64,000 bases of DNA, taken from positions 139,247 through 203,246 of the forward strand of contig JAENYG010000001.1 in NCBI GenBank assembly GCA_016841875.1. The letters run 5' to 3'. Position 1 is the stretch's first letter; each line of letters starts with the position of its first letter. Positions 63,027 through 64,000 of the stretch are shown here, one piece after another. This DNA comes from Syntrophomonas sp. (GTDB lineage: Bacteria; Bacillota; Syntrophomonadia; Syntrophomonadales; Syntrophomonadaceae). The notes beneath the pieces were generated by a model. The model was not told the DNA's origin. It saw only the letters and a list, made by a program, of their open reading frames with translations, and did not search any database. A program made the position numbers and the translations under genes.

Positions 63027-64000
63027 TTGAAAGTCGCTATAATATACAACCAGGATTTTACAGGTGTAATCAACCAATTGGGTATGCAGAATAAAGAGGT
63101 ATATAATCCTGAAATCGTAAACAATGTGGCTTCGGCTCTTGAATCAGCAGGTCATAACGTGGCTGTCATCGATGGGAATATGCACGTTATTCAGCAGCTG
63201 CAGGAATTTATGCCCCGGGTCCTGGAAGGGGATCGGATGGGAATGGTTTTTAACATGGCTTATGGTATTCAGGGCGAGAGCCGTTATACCCATATACCTG
63301 CCATGCTTGAAATGCTTGGAATTCCATACATAGGTTCCAGCCCGGCTGGTCATGCTCTGGCACTTGATAAAGTAATAACCAAGATCATTATGCAAAAACA
63401 TAGTATCCCAACTCCAAATTTCTGGGTCTTTTCTCATCCATCTGAAGATATGTCGGGCATCGAATTCCCGGTGATTGTTAAACCAAAGATGGAAGCTGTT
63501 TCTTACGGTTTGAGAGTAGTAAATAATGAGGATGATTTAAGAGCAGCAATAGAATATATCATTTCCGAGTTTCAACAACAGGCACTAGTAGAACAGTTTA
63601 TTAGAGGGCAAGAATTTTGCGTGGGCATACTGGGAAATAATCCACCAGAAGCTTTTCCAGTTCTGGAAATCGACCTGGGAAATGATCCCGATGCGATCCA
63701 AACAGTTGATGATAAGCTATTCAACCCGAAAAACAAAATATGCCCGGCTGATATCCCCGCAGACCTTGCCCAGGATATGATCAGATTAAGCATAGATGCG
63801 TTTAATGCTCTGCAATTAAAAGATTTGGCCAGAGTCGATATTCGCCTGGATGAAAACAACCAGATATACCTTCTGGAGATCAATTCGATGGCCAGTCTGG
63901 GAAAAACCGGTTCTTATGTAAATGCAGCGGCTGTAAGCGGATATGATTACAAAGCCCTGGTCAATAAAATTCTGGACGTTGCCGTTCTTCGTTATTTTGC
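63027..64000 (+). CDS. D-alanine--D-alanine ligase-family ATP-grasp enzyme (3' end outside the window)
   Basis: Not in the ORF track because no stop is reached. TTG 63027 lies 9 nt after GGGGAG. KVAIIYN..., GIPYIGSSPAGHALALDKVITK, FPVIVKP and LLEINSMASL. The frame is open to position 64000. Confidence 0.75.
   Translation, partial: MKVAIIYNQDFTGVINQLGMQNKEVYNPEIVNNVASALESAGHNVAVIDGNMHVIQQLQEFMPRVLEGDRMGMVFNMAYGIQGESRYTHIPAMLEMLGIPYIGSSPAGHALALDKVITKIIMQKHSIPTPNFWVFSHPSEDMSGIEFPVIVKPKMEAVSYGLRVVNNEDDLRAAIEYIISEFQQQALVEQFIRGQEFCVGILGNNPPEAFPVLEIDLGNDPDAIQTVDDKLFNPKNKICPADIPADLAQDMIRLSIDAFNALQLKDLARVDIRLDENNQIYLLEINSMASLGKTGSYVNAAAVSGYDYKALVNKILDVAVLRYF

Noticed and set aside
63144-63883. Minus-strand ORFs 63144..63437 and 63572..63883, also 62933..63124
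   Set aside because: The first two are antisense to a clearly recognisable Ddl-like ATP-grasp frame that is open to the window end. The third has no RBS and overlaps that gene's start region.
1-64000. CRISPR arrays, reverse transcriptase/retron or DGR elements, rRNA genes, IS elements with terminal inverted repeats
   Set aside because: I looked for regularly spaced direct repeats, RT motifs (YxDD) and transposase-like ORFs and saw none. The only recombinase is the prophage serine integrase.

Overview
The window looks like a chromosomal segment from a Firmicutes/Clostridia-type anaerobe, judging by FmdE, DUF3795, a TM1266-type regulator, MobB and DNRLRE proteins. All family names come from reading the translations and recalling motifs. 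No database search was run.

**Positions 1 to ~28.63 kb: prophage arm.** This is the integrase-proximal arm of a temperate prophage.
- A minus-strand early/replication block carries a helicase-loader-like gene, an O-like initiator with internal iterons, ASCH, AbrB, an MBL hydrolase, RecT and a Rad50/SMC-like ATPase.
- A divergent Cro-like/CI-like switch has four 19-bp operators.
- A ~15 kb mosaic, partly very AT-rich cargo island follows.
- A large serine integrase closes the arm, and its last 22 nt overlap the 3' end of tRNA-Leu(GAG).

**The cargo island is the most interesting part.** It contains:
- a C-protein-controlled R-M-like module, made of two motif-I-first methyltransferases (DPPY and SPPY) plus a 956-aa nuclease/SF2-helicase/unknown-C-domain enzyme, with a clear C-box;
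- an uncharacterised two-gene cassette, a 450-aa GIY-YIG multidomain protein plus a 114-aa partner;
- a frameshifted BglII/BstYI-family endonuclease relic;
- a stand-alone PD-(D/E)XK nuclease;
- a YcxB-like protein, a secreted ComEC-type MBL + lamin-tail protein, and a membrane protein.

**Positions 28.7 to 64 kb: ordinary chromosome.** Recognisable genes are a VOC enzyme, CspA, MntR with a split UPF0016 transporter, TauE, FmdE, TypA, MobB, an amino-acid ABC binding protein and permease, HD-GYP, NUDIX, MBL, a GltS-like FMN enzyme, an EncFtn-like ferritin, a Ca2+/H+ antiporter, a thioesterase, trpBA, a multi-PAS GGDEF/HD-GYP sensor and a Ddl-like ATP-grasp enzyme.
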